Positions 6,898-16,092 are shown, counted from the stretch's first letter. The stretch is DNA of 16,876 nucleotides from Limisphaerales bacterium (GCA_965657355.1 CBFHOE010000006.1:19227-36102); one strand, 5' to 3'. Numbers and translations: made by a program. Notes: generated from the letters alone by a model not told the origin.

Positions 6898-9051
6898 TCA
6901 AGCTGGAGCGGACGCCTTTGACTGAGGCATTGCTTCAACGGTCCCAAAACTGCGTATTTCCACGTCGTTGGGTAATTCAGAATAGGAAACAACCTGAAGC
7001 TCGGAAAAGGTAGGTTGAAAAAATTTCTTAAATCCTAATCGCAACCCAGGTCCAGTCATCACGACTGGGACTAAACCTTGGCTGACCATAGATTGTACGT
7101 GCTTTGAAAGATTAGCAATAGCATGGTGAGCGACAGACGGGTCCAGAAAAAGGCTTATTTCCATTGGTGTTTGTTGGATATTTTTAGACATTTCCGACTC
7201 TAGCGATGGGTCTAAGGTTATGACTTGAACGACTCCATTTTCATCTTTGAATTTTTCACCAAGGTGATACCCCAGCACCTTGCGAGCATGCTCGGATAGT
7301 TCGTCTGGGTTTTTCGTTATTGCGGCGTAGTCACTCACAACTTCTAATATCCCAGAAAGGTTTTTGATGGGCAGTCCCTCTGAAAGAAGGTTCTGGAGAA
7401 TTCTGTGGACGACCCCAACGGAAACCTGACCAGGAACAAGCTCGGAAATAAGAGCTCCATCTGATTCTTTTAAATTATCTAATAGATTTTGAACATCCTG
7501 ACGACTTAGAAGTTCAGAACTTTGCTTTTTGAGGATTTCTGATAGATGCGTAATTAACACAGATGCTGAATCAACAACTGTAAATCCACTCAGCTCGGCA
7601 TGTCGTTTATCCGATTCCGTAACCCAAGTCGCTGGAAGTTTAAAAACGGGTTCCGTAGTCTGGATGCCATTGAGAATGACTTCACTTTGGGTGGCATTCA
7701 TGGCAAGCCACTTCTTTGGGTAAACGGTTCCAGAGGAAACAACATTTCCCTTTATCATAAATCTATACTCCTCGCCTGTGAGATCCAAATTGTCTTTCAA
7801 GCGTATGGGAGGAATAAGAATACCTAATTCTTCAGCAAATTGTTTTCTAACGCCAGTGACTCTTTCCAAGAGATCTCCGCCTACTTTCTTATCTGCAAGA
7901 GAAACCAAGTTAAAGCCTAACTCAATTAAAAAAGGATCAACACTAAGCAGTGGTTCTAATTTTTCTGGCTCAGCTCTCTGTGCTTGTTTTACTCCTTCTC
8001 CATCTGAGGCGTCTTGTTCAGAACCATCATGTGAAGAAGAAACACTACCATCAGGGATACCTTTTTTCTTTTTGGAGGACTTATCAGCAAACAACTTTCT
8101 GGCTGTCACACCTGAGATGATGGACAAAGTCAGAAAGGGCAAAACTGGCATACCTGGAATAAAAGCCATTAGGCCAAGCATTACAGAGAGCCCCGCAAGA
8201 GCTTTTGGAAAATTGACGAGCTGACTCCCAAGTTCTTTACTAATCTCTTCACTTGCTGCAGAGCGTGTCACTAAAGTACCGGCAGCAACCGAAGTAATCA
8301 ATGCCGGCACTTGCGAAACCAAGCCATCTCCAATAGATAAAAGAGTAAATTTCTCAAGACTTTCAGTGACAGTTAAGCCTTTCTGGAAAATACCGATGGC
8401 AATTCCACCGACTATATTAATCAATGTAATGAGGACCCCCGCAACAGCATCCCCTCTTACAAACTTGCTGGCACCGTCCATCGCACCATAAAAATCAGCC
8501 TCTTTTTCAACTTTCTTTCTTTTCTTTTTGGCTTCTGATTCGGTGAGAATACCTGCGTTTAATTCAGCATCGATTGACATCTGCTTGCCAGGCAATGCAT
8601 CCAGGGTAAATCGGGCGGCAACTTCTGCGATACGTCCGGCGCCCTTTGTAATTACGATGAAGTTTATTATCGCCAAAATACTAAAGACCACGAGACCCAC
8701 GACATAATTACCTCTTACTACAAAATTTCCGAAAGAATCAATTATCTGACCGGCGTTACCATCAGTCAGAATAAGTCGAGTTGTTCCGATATTAAGTCCC
8801 AGTCTGAAAAGAGTGAGGAAAAGAAGTAATGTAGGAAAACCAGTAAAATCACTTGGCTCTTTTATATAAAGAATGACCAGCATTATCAAAAGAGACATAG
8901 CAACGCTTATTGAAAGCAGCCCGTCCATCAAGAATGCCGTGACAGGCAGAACCATAACCATCACAGTGCCAAATACTGCCAAGGTCATGATAAAGTCTCC
9001 CTGACAGAAAATGCTGGCGAGTCGCGATCTTATCTCTGCAAAGCTGGGCAT
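6898..9051 (-). CDS. flhA: Flagellar export apparatus protein FlhA
   Basis: FPTLLLFLTLFRLGLNIGTTRLIL, RIAEVAARFTLDALPGKQMSIDAELNAG, FYGAMDGASKFVRGDA and SIGDGLVSQVPAL, with a large cytoplasmic domain; 717 aa. Confidence 0.98.
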   Translation of the reverse strand: MPSFAEIRSRLASIFCQGDFIMTLAVFGTVMVMVLPVTAFLMDGLLSISVAMSLLIMLVILYIKEPSDFTGFPTLLLFLTLFRLGLNIGTTRLILTDGNAGQIIDSFGNFVVRGNYVVGLVVFSILAIINFIVITKGAGRIAEVAARFTLDALPGKQMSIDAELNAGILTESEAKKKRKKVEKEADFYGAMDGASKFVRGDAVAGVLITLINIVGGIAIGIFQKGLTVTESLEKFTLLSIGDGLVSQVPALITSVAAGTLVTRSAASEEISKELGSQLVNFPKALAGLSVMLGLMAFIPGMPVLPFLTLSIISGVTARKLFADKSSKKKKGIPDGSVSSSHDGSEQDASDGEGVKQAQRAEPEKLEPLLSVDPFLIELGFNLVSLADKKVGGDLLERVTGVRKQFAEELGILIPPIRLKDNLDLTGEEYRFMIKGNVVSSGTVYPKKWLAMNATQSEVILNGIQTTEPVFKLPATWVTESDKRHAELSGFTVVDSASVLITHLSEILKKQSSELLSRQDVQNLLDNLKESDGALISELVPGQVSVGVVHRILQNLLSEGLPIKNLSGILEVVSDYAAITKNPDELSEHARKVLGYHLGEKFKDENGVVQVITLDPSLESEMSKNIQQTPMEISLFLDPSVAHHAIANLSKHVQSMVSQGLVPVVMTGPGLRLGFKKFFQPTFSELQVVSYSELPNDVEIRSFGTVEAMPQSKASAPA

Positions 9052-9082
9052 AATCTCTATGAATAACTTGATTTTAGTTTAA

Positions 9083-10162
9083 TCACTTATTTCCGTCACG
9101 GTAATATCTATAGGCGTTTATTCTGTAGACGTAGGCAAGAATTTCAGCAACGGCTGTGAAAAGTTGATTTGGTATTTCTCCATCGACGCGCCCATATTTG
9201 AACAACATGCGTGCTACGGGCTTATCCTCGATAATAGGTATCTGATTGGCTTTGGCGATTTCACGAATTTTCAAAGCTTTATTACGAGCACCCTTCGCAA
9301 TAATTTGAGGAGCCTTCATAGTTTCTCGATCGTATTTTATGGCAATCGCCAAATGAGTTGGGTTGGTTATAATGGCATCTGCAGTAGGAACTGCCTCTAA
9401 CATTTCCCGAAAAGATTTTACACGAACCTGCCTTTGCCTCGCTTTTTGCTTAGGGTTGCCCTCAGAGTTTTTCGTTTCATCTTTTATTTCCTCTTTACTC
9501 ATCATCATGCTTTTGGTCGTTTGCCATTTTTGATACATGAAGTCGATTAAGGCTATAAAGAGCATAGCGGTGCATATTCTTGATAAGATTGTCAGCGTCA
9601 CTCCACTGATGAATGGGCCAAGTCGGCCGACATCGGATGGGACAAAAAATATTGGATCATTGATAATCGAGAGAATAGCGGAGTAGGTAGAAGCAATAAT
9701 AACAACAAGCTTAACAATACCCAAAGCGGTTGGGATAAGTTGCTTTACATTGAATATCTTCTTCAGCCCCTTAATGGGGTTCATTTTGGAAGGCGAAAAT
9801 TCTAAGGCCTTGGAAGCAATTTGAAACTTGGTTTGTAATCCGGCAGCTAGAACACCAATAACCAAAACGGGTAAAACAATGGGAGATACTTGCATTAGGG
9901 TGAATGTCATAATAGTCCCAAGCTGTGCCTGAATCCCACTTGTTGTCAGTTCCGTTGTATGGAGTTCACTAAATGCCTTTTGCATAAACTCAGAAAACTG
10001 GACAAACATTTTTTCCCCAGACAATGAGAGAGAATTTGTAGCAACTGTGAGAACAGCCAAGGTCTGTAAATCCTGACTTCGTGCGACTTGGCCTTTTTGC
10101 CTCGCATCAGAGAGCCTCTTTTCTGTGGGCTTTTCGCTCTTATCTCCAGGTGTATCAGCCAT
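9083..10162 (-). CDS. flhB: Flagellar export substrate-specificity switch protein FlhB
   Basis: KSEKPTEKRLSDARQKGQVARS N-terminus, MMSKEEIKDETKNSEGNP, and an intact NPTH autocleavage motif. Confidence 0.97.
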   Translation of the reverse strand: MADTPGDKSEKPTEKRLSDARQKGQVARSQDLQTLAVLTVATNSLSLSGEKMFVQFSEFMQKAFSELHTTELTTSGIQAQLGTIMTFTLMQVSPIVLPVLVIGVLAAGLQTKFQIASKALEFSPSKMNPIKGLKKIFNVKQLIPTALGIVKLVVIIASTYSAILSIINDPIFFVPSDVGRLGPFISGVTLTILSRICTAMLFIALIDFMYQKWQTTKSMMMSKEEIKDETKNSEGNPKQKARQRQVRVKSFREMLEAVPTADAIITNPTHLAIAIKYDRETMKAPQIIAKGARNKALKIREIAKANQIPIIEDKPVARMLFKYGRVDGEIPNQLFTAVAEILAYVYRINAYRYYRDGNK

Positions 10163-10175
10163 AAAATTTAAAAAG

Positions 10176-10955
10176 TTATGCTGCTCCTGATATCAGGTGG
10201 ACAACATTTGTTATGTCAGTGGGTAGTGTTGATAAATAACCTCGGATGTATGCAAAAAATAGAGAAGTGGAAAGTCCAAAAACAACGATCCCCGCCATCA
10301 CCCTAATGGGAAAGCTCAAGACAAATACGTTCATCTGAGGGACAGCACGACCGAATACAGAAAACATCAGGGTCACTGTAAATGAGACCGAAATGATTGG
10401 AGCCGCCATTTCTAAAGCGACCCAAAAAAGTTTTATGCTTCTTAAAATGACAGCATCAGCGAGATTTTCAGTAATGACGGCTCCTCCGATTGGCAAGATA
10501 TTGTACGAGTAATAAAATCCGGCTAAGACCTCATGATGCAAATCCAAGGCAAGAAATATGATGACACTAAAATAAAATAATAGAGATGAGAAAAGTGGCG
10601 CGCTCTGACCCTCAAATGGATTGAGCAACTGAGACATAGACAGACCGGTTTCCAAAGAAATGATCTGACCTGCCATTTCAAACCCATAAAATATCAAGCG
10701 AATAAAGAATCCCATGACCAGTCCAACACCTATTTCCATCGCCATGATTAGTAGGGTATCTAACCAAAATTCCGGGACCACAGAATCTATGGAGCCACTC
10801 ACCGCGATCATGTATGCCATAATGGCACCCAAAGCAACTCGAACCGAGGCGGGCATCTGCCTGACGGAAAACAGGGGAAGTATCAGCAGGAATGCTGACG
10901 CTCGCATAAAAACAAGCATCCATGTCCACAAAACGCTGTCTATCCACTCCAACAT
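10176..10955 (-). CDS. fliR: Flagellar export gate protein FliR
   Basis: Highly hydrophobic, with motifs FEMAGQIISLETGL, LALDLHHEVL and GRAVPQMNVFVLSFP. ATG 10955 (259 aa) avoids the 70-nt overlap with fliQ implied by the 11036 start. Confidence 0.95.
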   Translation of the reverse strand: MLEWIDSVLWTWMLVFMRASAFLLILPLFSVRQMPASVRVALGAIMAYMIAVSGSIDSVVPEFWLDTLLIMAMEIGVGLVMGFFIRLIFYGFEMAGQIISLETGLSMSQLLNPFEGQSAPLFSSLLFYFSVIIFLALDLHHEVLAGFYYSYNILPIGGAVITENLADAVILRSIKLFWVALEMAAPIISVSFTVTLMFSVFGRAVPQMNVFVLSFPIRVMAGIVVFGLSTSLFFAYIRGYLSTLPTDITNVVHLISGAA

Positions 10956-10966
10956 CGAGAAAAACC

Positions 10967-11236
10967 TTAATTGGCCATCTGAGACATCTGAGTAATCATG
11001 CCGTAGGTGAAATCCATGATCGTTCTTAATATCCATGGCATAACAGCGATCAGGACTCCAGCCACAGATAAGACTTTTGGAAAGAAGGTTAGTGTCTGCT
11101 CTTGGATGGAGGTCACTGTTTGAATGACCGATATGGACAGGCCGACACCAGTAGCTGCAACAAGTACTGGCGAAACAACCATAGTGGCTGTCGTCATCAT
11201 TTTTTGTATGACATCAATTGCGTATTCGGGAGTCAT
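10967..11236 (-). CDS. fliQ: Flagellar export gate protein FliQ
   Basis: 89 aa with the motif SVIQTVTSIQEQTLTFFPK, located between fliP and fliR. Confidence 0.96.
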   Translation of the reverse strand: MTPEYAIDVIQKMMTTATMVVSPVLVAATGVGLSISVIQTVTSIQEQTLTFFPKVLSVAGVLIAVMPWILRTIMDFTYGMITQMSQMAN

Positions 11237-11259
11237 TTTTATTTATCTTTGTATAAATT

Positions 11260-12045
11260 TTAGCCTGTTTTAAAACTTAAGACAACGGAGCTCACGACGA
11301 GGTGCCAGCCATCTACGAGAACAAAAAGTAATATTTTAAGTGGTAGAGATACAGTTACGGGAGGCATCATCATCATCCCCATACTCATGAGCACTGTGGC
11401 CACGACCAAGTCGACGACAATGAATGGCACGAATAGTAAAAATCCCATTTGAAATGCTGTCTTTAGCTCACTGAGAATAAAACCGGGAATCACCACCTTC
11501 ATGGGCAGATTAGAAACTGATGTTGGCCCCATGCCGGAAAGAGAAATGAATAATTCAAGGTCCTTTGCTCTTGCCTGGCTGATCATAAATTCTTTGAGGG
11601 GAACGACAGCTCTGTCGAAGGCCTCTTCACTATTAATTTGTTTTGCACGATATGGATCCAAAGCGACACTGTTCATTTGGTTCCATACTGGCGCCATGAG
11701 AAAAAAGGTAAGGAATAGGCTCAAGCCAATAATTACCTGATTGGCGGGAGTGCCTTGTAGAGATAAAGCCTGCCGGACGAAACTGAGAACGATGACAATT
11801 CTCAGAAAACTTGTCATTAAAAGAACGATTGAAGGGGCAAGAGTCAATAAGGTAATGAGAAATAGAACCCGAATACCCATATCGAGATCTTGGGGCTCAC
11901 CACTAGGATTTAAGCCAACACTGAGATTGATAGGTGAGATACCACCCTCCTGAGCACAGAGTGGAGACACAGTTGACAGGCCTATTAGAAAAACAAACCC
12001 TAAAATGCACTTATACCACTTAAATGCTGGAGGAAGAGTCAACAT
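11260..12045 (-). CDS. fliP: Flagellar export gate protein FliP
   Basis: Signal-peptide-like N-terminus, then MTSFLRIVIVLSFVRQAL, PANQVIIGLSLFLT, PGFILSELKTAFQMG and MGMMMMPPVTVSLPLKILLFVLVDGW. The exact start is uncertain because it overlaps the fliO 3' end by 26 nt. Confidence 0.97.
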   Translation of the reverse strand: MLTLPPAFKWYKCILGFVFLIGLSTVSPLCAQEGGISPINLSVGLNPSGEPQDLDMGIRVLFLITLLTLAPSIVLLMTSFLRIVIVLSFVRQALSLQGTPANQVIIGLSLFLTFFLMAPVWNQMNSVALDPYRAKQINSEEAFDRAVVPLKEFMISQARAKDLELFISLSGMGPTSVSNLPMKVVIPGFILSELKTAFQMGFLLFVPFIVVDLVVATVLMSMGMMMMPPVTVSLPLKILLFVLVDGWHLVVSSVVLSFKTG

Positions 12046-12589
12046 CCTTATGTCCCTTTTTCTGGTTTTTAGAGGCTTTGGCTAAAATGGATGAAAAGGA
12101 TAGGCTACCGTCTCCAGTTGAGTTTTGAACGGAGGAATTAGAATTTAAAGTGGCTTGTTCATCCTCGGTCAGATCTGGTAAATCGCCCAGAGCTGTTATC
12201 CCAGTGGAGGAGGTTCCGAGTAGCATTCTTTTTTTTCCATAGGCAACGACAACTAATCCTTGTCTATTACCTATAAATTTGGATTCGAGAACTTTTAGTT
12301 TTCCTGAAATACCACCATGATTACTCACACTTATGCGATTTTTAAATAGCCAAACACCACCAAGAAAAATGCAAATCACGACGACCAAGCTAATGAGAAC
12401 TCTAAAAAATGATCCCATGGGATCAAGTTCCCGGTCTTTATCAGATCCTTTGAAAATGGAACTCAAATCGTTCTGTACGTTAGTAGAAACTCCTAGCACT
12501 TCATTGGTAGATGCCGCCATCGTATGCGGTGGCGGCATCAGAAATAAAAATGAAACAAATAGAGCGATATGAAGGAAGTGAAAATTCAT
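12020..12589 (-). CDS. fliO: Flagellar biosynthetic protein FliO
   Basis: A TM helix (FFRVLISLVVVICIFLGGVWLF) is followed by the FliO-like beta domain LKVLESKFIGNRQGLVVVAYGKKRMLLGTSSTGITAL. It lies between fliN and fliP, with a TAATG overlap with fliN. Confidence 0.85.
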   Translation of the reverse strand: MNFHFLHIALFVSFLFLMPPPHTMAASTNEVLGVSTNVQNDLSSIFKGSDKDRELDPMGSFFRVLISLVVVICIFLGGVWLFKNRISVSNHGGISGKLKVLESKFIGNRQGLVVVAYGKKRMLLGTSSTGITALGDLPDLTEDEQATLNSNSSVQNSTGDGSLSFSSILAKASKNQKKGHKDVDSSSSI

Positions 12590-12957
12590 TATCTCGCTTC
12601 CTCTGAAGACATTTGAGCTACGTCAGCTCCTTCATTGTCACGAGCTCTTTTGGTGTCTGGCTCAGCGTTGGGCGCTGCGTCCTCAGTCGTTGCTGTTGGC
12701 TTTTTTAATTTTGCTCCGTGTATTTCTGTGATTCTGATACCAATCTTATCTTCAAGCACAACTATCTCGCCTTTTGCAATCTTCTTGTGATTGATGAGGA
12801 CGTCCACGGGAGCATCGGCCATCGTATCCAGCTCAATAAGAGAACTGACATCAAGTTGCAATATGTCCTTCATATGCATTTGGCATGACCCTAGTTCAAC
12901 GGTCATTGTCACCGGGACATCAAGGAGCATCCCAAATTTATTTGGTTCGTTGTTCAT
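12589..12957 (-). CDS. fliN: Flagellar motor switch protein FliN
   Basis: SpoA domain LLDVPVTMTVELG...VDVLINHKKIAKGEIVVLEDKIGIRITEI, with an ATGA overlap with fliM. Confidence 0.95.
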   Translation of the reverse strand: MNNEPNKFGMLLDVPVTMTVELGSCQMHMKDILQLDVSSLIELDTMADAPVDVLINHKKIAKGEIVVLEDKIGIRITEIHGAKLKKPTATTEDAAPNAEPDTKRARDNEGADVAQMSSEEAR

Positions 12958-14006
12958 GATTTTGGTCCAATGAGATTATTAATTTTGACAGCCCGCTTTC
13001 CATCGACCTGACCTAATTGTCCCACAAATTTAGGCAAATCAGCGATAAAAATAGTTGTTTTGTCGGCCTGAGATTTATTGAAGTAAAGAAAGTCTCCAGG
13101 TTTTATATTCACCAAGTCACGAGCACTTAGCTTTTCTCCATCCCAACGCGCGCGGACATTGACTTTAAGTTTTGAAATGGCTTCGTTTGAGATACTCTGC
13201 TCACCGCTTTTGGGCTGAATGCTGGCGAGAAGTGACTCGCTGACCTGACTCATAATGGGTTCCCAGAAAAAAGCAGGAAAGATCATTCGCATTTCGCTTT
13301 CAACCGATCCAATTCTTAATTTGATAGTAGCAATGGTGACAGGGTTATGTTTGCTTGTTATGTGAATATGTTGGATGTCTGATTCATGACCTGAAATTTT
13401 GTGCTTGCACGAAATAACATCTTCCCAAATAAAGGACCACTGATCCATTAAATGGCCAAGTAGTTGATCCATTAAAACAGTTTCAATATCTGTTAAGCCC
13501 GATAGCCCAGAAGATTTTTCTCCAGTCCCACCAAGCATCCTGTCGATTAATAAAAGAGAAAGATCGACTGGCACTTGAAATATGCCCCGGACTGGAAAAG
13601 GGTCTATTTCAAGTTCTGCGAAATAACTCTCCTCTTTGATAGTGCTCGCGAGCTCTCCGTATTTAACAACTTCAAATGATACGAGATCCGCTTTAATTTC
13701 CTTTCTAAGATAAAGAGACAGATGGTCGGTGAGTCGTCTGGAGAACTGATCATGACGCACCTCTAAAAACCTCAATTGTCTCGTCTTCAGGTAATGTGGA
13801 ACTCGAAAATCGAGCCTAGGCAAGTCAGAAGCATCCACTTTGGAAGCCGTTAAATCATTAACAGCGCCGTGTGAACCGCCATAACCCGGATCATTCTCGC
13901 CACCAACCTTTTCATGCTTATCATCACCAGAAAATTGATCCAGCAAGGACTCGATCTCATCTTGCGATAAAACTTGCGAGGTTAGCTCGTTGAAATTTCC
14001 AGACAT
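12954..14006 (-). CDS. fliM: Flagellar motor switch protein FliM
   Basis: N-terminal LSQDEIESLL peptide, LDFRVP, LLIDRMLGGTG...LTDIE, and a C-terminal SpoA-like domain. Confidence 0.92.
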   Translation of the reverse strand: MSGNFNELTSQVLSQDEIESLLDQFSGDDKHEKVGGENDPGYGGSHGAVNDLTASKVDASDLPRLDFRVPHYLKTRQLRFLEVRHDQFSRRLTDHLSLYLRKEIKADLVSFEVVKYGELASTIKEESYFAELEIDPFPVRGIFQVPVDLSLLLIDRMLGGTGEKSSGLSGLTDIETVLMDQLLGHLMDQWSFIWEDVISCKHKISGHESDIQHIHITSKHNPVTIATIKLRIGSVESEMRMIFPAFFWEPIMSQVSESLLASIQPKSGEQSISNEAISKLKVNVRARWDGEKLSARDLVNIKPGDFLYFNKSQADKTTIFIADLPKFVGQLGQVDGKRAVKINNLIGPKS

Positions 14007-14049
14007 AGCCTTGTGTGTGCGTGTATAAAATTAAATAATTTTTGTAGAA

Positions 14050-14076
14050 AAAGTTTAAGGTTGAACCTTGAGCTTT
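14050..14076. other. Inverted repeat in the fliL-fliM gap
   Basis: Core AAGGTT-G-AACCTT (14057-14069) with imperfect arms AAAGTTT / GAGCTTT. Confidence 0.4.
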
Positions 14077-14079
14077 GGA

Positions 14080-14709
14080 TTATTGCACTGAGAAGCGCCT
14101 AAACCAAATCTTTTGGACAAGGGGGCCTTTTCCATCACTAAGGGCCATATTAAAGGCCTCAAGCAACTCGGCTTTTATGGTTGCTTGCGCCAGGTTCTGT
14201 TCAAGGCTCTGGATAGATTTCTGCCTAAGTATTGCATTCGCAGTATCCTGAAGCTCAGGCACTCTGGCTTCTATGGCACTTGAAAATGTGTCATCAGCAC
14301 CCACTAAAGTCATATCCGCAACGAGATACCTCATACCCAGAGTGTTTTTTACGTTTACCACTATGTTCGGAAACTCTAGAGTTTTTGAGCTGGACTTTGA
14401 TTTGCCACCATGGCCACCACCGTGCTTGTCATCGTGACTACCCGCCTTACTTTTCGGAGCTTTATGACTGTCATCTGTATGACCAGAATCTTTATCCTTT
14501 GATTTCTCGTGAGGTGTTTTCGCTGCCACGTTAACTGCTTCTTTGAGCTGCGGCACTAAAACAAACATTGTTGTGGCATAAGCTAGCGCCGGCATAAGAA
14601 CGATCGTAAGTGCCAGAGGAAGAATCTGTGAGATAATACCAGGCTTCTTTTTAGTTGGCTCCTCATTAGATGCAGCCTCTGAATTTTTCTCTGTTTTTTT
14701 GTCAGCCAT
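14080..14709 (-). CDS. fliL: Flagellar basal body-associated protein FliL
   Basis: A single N-terminal TM after a Lys cluster, then the C-terminal domain IVVNVKNTLGMRYL...IKAELLEAFN...VQKIWFRRFSVQ. It lies upstream of fliM. Confidence 0.9.
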   Translation of the reverse strand: MADKKTEKNSEAASNEEPTKKKPGIISQILPLALTIVLMPALAYATTMFVLVPQLKEAVNVAAKTPHEKSKDKDSGHTDDSHKAPKSKAGSHDDKHGGGHGGKSKSSSKTLEFPNIVVNVKNTLGMRYLVADMTLVGADDTFSSAIEARVPELQDTANAILRQKSIQSLEQNLAQATIKAELLEAFNMALSDGKGPLVQKIWFRRFSVQ

Positions 14710-14740
14710 GATAATTTAAGAATAATGAGATATGACGAAA

Positions 14741-15583
14741 TTATCGTTTCAAGTTAACTAGTTCTTGGAGCATTTCATCACTTGTTGAAATAACTCTTGC
14801 ACTAGCCTGGTAAGCCCGCTGAGTTGTAATCATACTTGAGAACTCGTTTGCAAGTTCTACATTGGAAAGCTCAACCATGCCGGATGCAACTTGCCCAACA
14901 CCGCCTGCACCAGGGACACCAGGATCTTCATTCCAATCAAGTGGTCCTGCATTTTTCCAATTACCAAAAAGATTGTTGCCTTCTTTCGTCAATGTTCCTG
15001 TAGATTTGATATCTTGGAGTAATACCTGCCCTCGAGTGTAATTAGTACCATCGGAAAGGAAAAGGTTGATTTTTCCATCGTTACCAATAGCGAAAGATTT
15101 TATAGCAGCATCGGCAGCAGCACCTTCTGGTTTTTCCTGCACATCAATTCTCAGATCTCCGACAGTATCAAGGTCCATGTTATTAAATCCTTGGACTCTT
15201 TGACCAGAGGGAGTGCTGAGGTAACCTTCCTTATCAACGATAAATTCTCCAGCTCGAGTGACATATTGCTCACCAGTATTAGGGTCGGAAACCACGAAAA
15301 ATCCATTTCCAGAAATGGCCAGATCCTGCGGTGCATCGGTGCGTTTGTATCCTCCATCATTCCATTTATTGAGAATATTTGCGGCATCAACGCCCGATCC
15401 AATTTGGTTGACGTATTCGCCTCCTCCCGAGCTTCCTACTTTCTGTGATAGGTTATCAGCAAATGAAATTTTACTTGATTTAAAACCGGTTGTATTGACG
15501 TTGGCAATATTGTTACCGATGACATCCATTTGTTTCTGGAAGCTTTTCAAGCCGCTGATTCCTGAGATTAGTGATCTTAACAT
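14741..15583 (-). CDS. flgE: Flagellar hook protein FlgE (short, 280 aa)
   Basis: SGISGLKSFQKQMDVIGNNIANVNTTGFKS, DLAISGNGFF, YVTRAGEF and ELSNVELANEFSSMITTQRAYQASARVISTSDEMLQELVNLKR. It is coupled to flgD (TAATG), which favours hook over rod. Confidence 0.88.
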   Translation of the reverse strand: MLRSLISGISGLKSFQKQMDVIGNNIANVNTTGFKSSKISFADNLSQKVGSSGGGEYVNQIGSGVDAANILNKWNDGGYKRTDAPQDLAISGNGFFVVSDPNTGEQYVTRAGEFIVDKEGYLSTPSGQRVQGFNNMDLDTVGDLRIDVQEKPEGAAADAAIKSFAIGNDGKINLFLSDGTNYTRGQVLLQDIKSTGTLTKEGNNLFGNWKNAGPLDWNEDPGVPGAGGVGQVASGMVELSNVELANEFSSMITTQRAYQASARVISTSDEMLQELVNLKR

Positions 15584-16092
15584 TATAGTTTTGCGTTTTG
15601 TAGTTCTTGTTGGTTTAGGTTATGGGTTAATAGTGTTTTGTTGTTATTCTCCGGTGAAAGAACGTTGATAATTCTATCTAGATCGTATTTTTCCCCATCG
15701 ACTTCAACTTGTGGCTTCCCTGCCTCGATTCCAACGGCTCCGACATAACCAGAGACAATGAGATCGTTTTCCAATTTGATATCTACTTTTTTTCCAATTA
15801 AGGAATTAGCCTCAATTCTTTGAAGGCTTGAGCTCAATTCCTTTGTCTGCTCTAGGTTCGTGTATTGCGCCATTTGAGCGAAATAGTCCATATCCCCATC
15901 AGGATTAAGAGGGTCTTGATTGCTTAATTCAGCTACAAGAAGTTGAAGAAAATCGTCTTGAGTGAGATTATTCGAGTTTCCTTCAATAACTTCTAGGCCC
16001 TGCACGCCCTGATCCACGCCCTGCGTGGAGGAGCCCTGAGTAGAAGGGGCCTGAACACTTAATCTTGTTGGAGGTAAAATTTGAGACAACAT
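15583..16092 (-). CDS. flgD: Flagellar hook capping protein FlgD (short form)
   Basis: LTQDDFLQLLVAELSNQDPLNP...YFAQMAQYTNLEQ and ANSLIGKKV. Confidence 0.93.
   Translation of the reverse strand: MLSQILPPTRLSVQAPSTQGSSTQGVDQGVQGLEVIEGNSNNLTQDDFLQLLVAELSNQDPLNPDGDMDYFAQMAQYTNLEQTKELSSSLQRIEANSLIGKKVDIKLENDLIVSGYVGAVGIEAGKPQVEVDGEKYDLDRIINVLSPENNNKTLLTHNLNQQELQNAKL

Noticed and set aside
7529..8224. Plus-strand ORFs antisense to flhA (up to 148 aa), and similar short ORFs opposite or inside other genes
   Set aside because: They lie fully within conserved genes and have no recognisable motifs, as expected of shadow ORFs.
10956..11036. 27-aa N-terminal extension of FliR in the ORF track
   Set aside because: It overlaps fliQ out of frame. 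ATG 10955 gives a normal-length FliR.
6898..12045. Injectisome-type T3SS interpretation of the export genes
   Set aside because: Co-location with flgD, flgE, fliL, fliM, fliO, flhF, fliA and motAB identifies a flagellar system.
15258..15668. 136-aa plus-strand ORF opposite flgE/flgD
   Set aside because: It is an antisense shadow of conserved coding sequence with no independent support.
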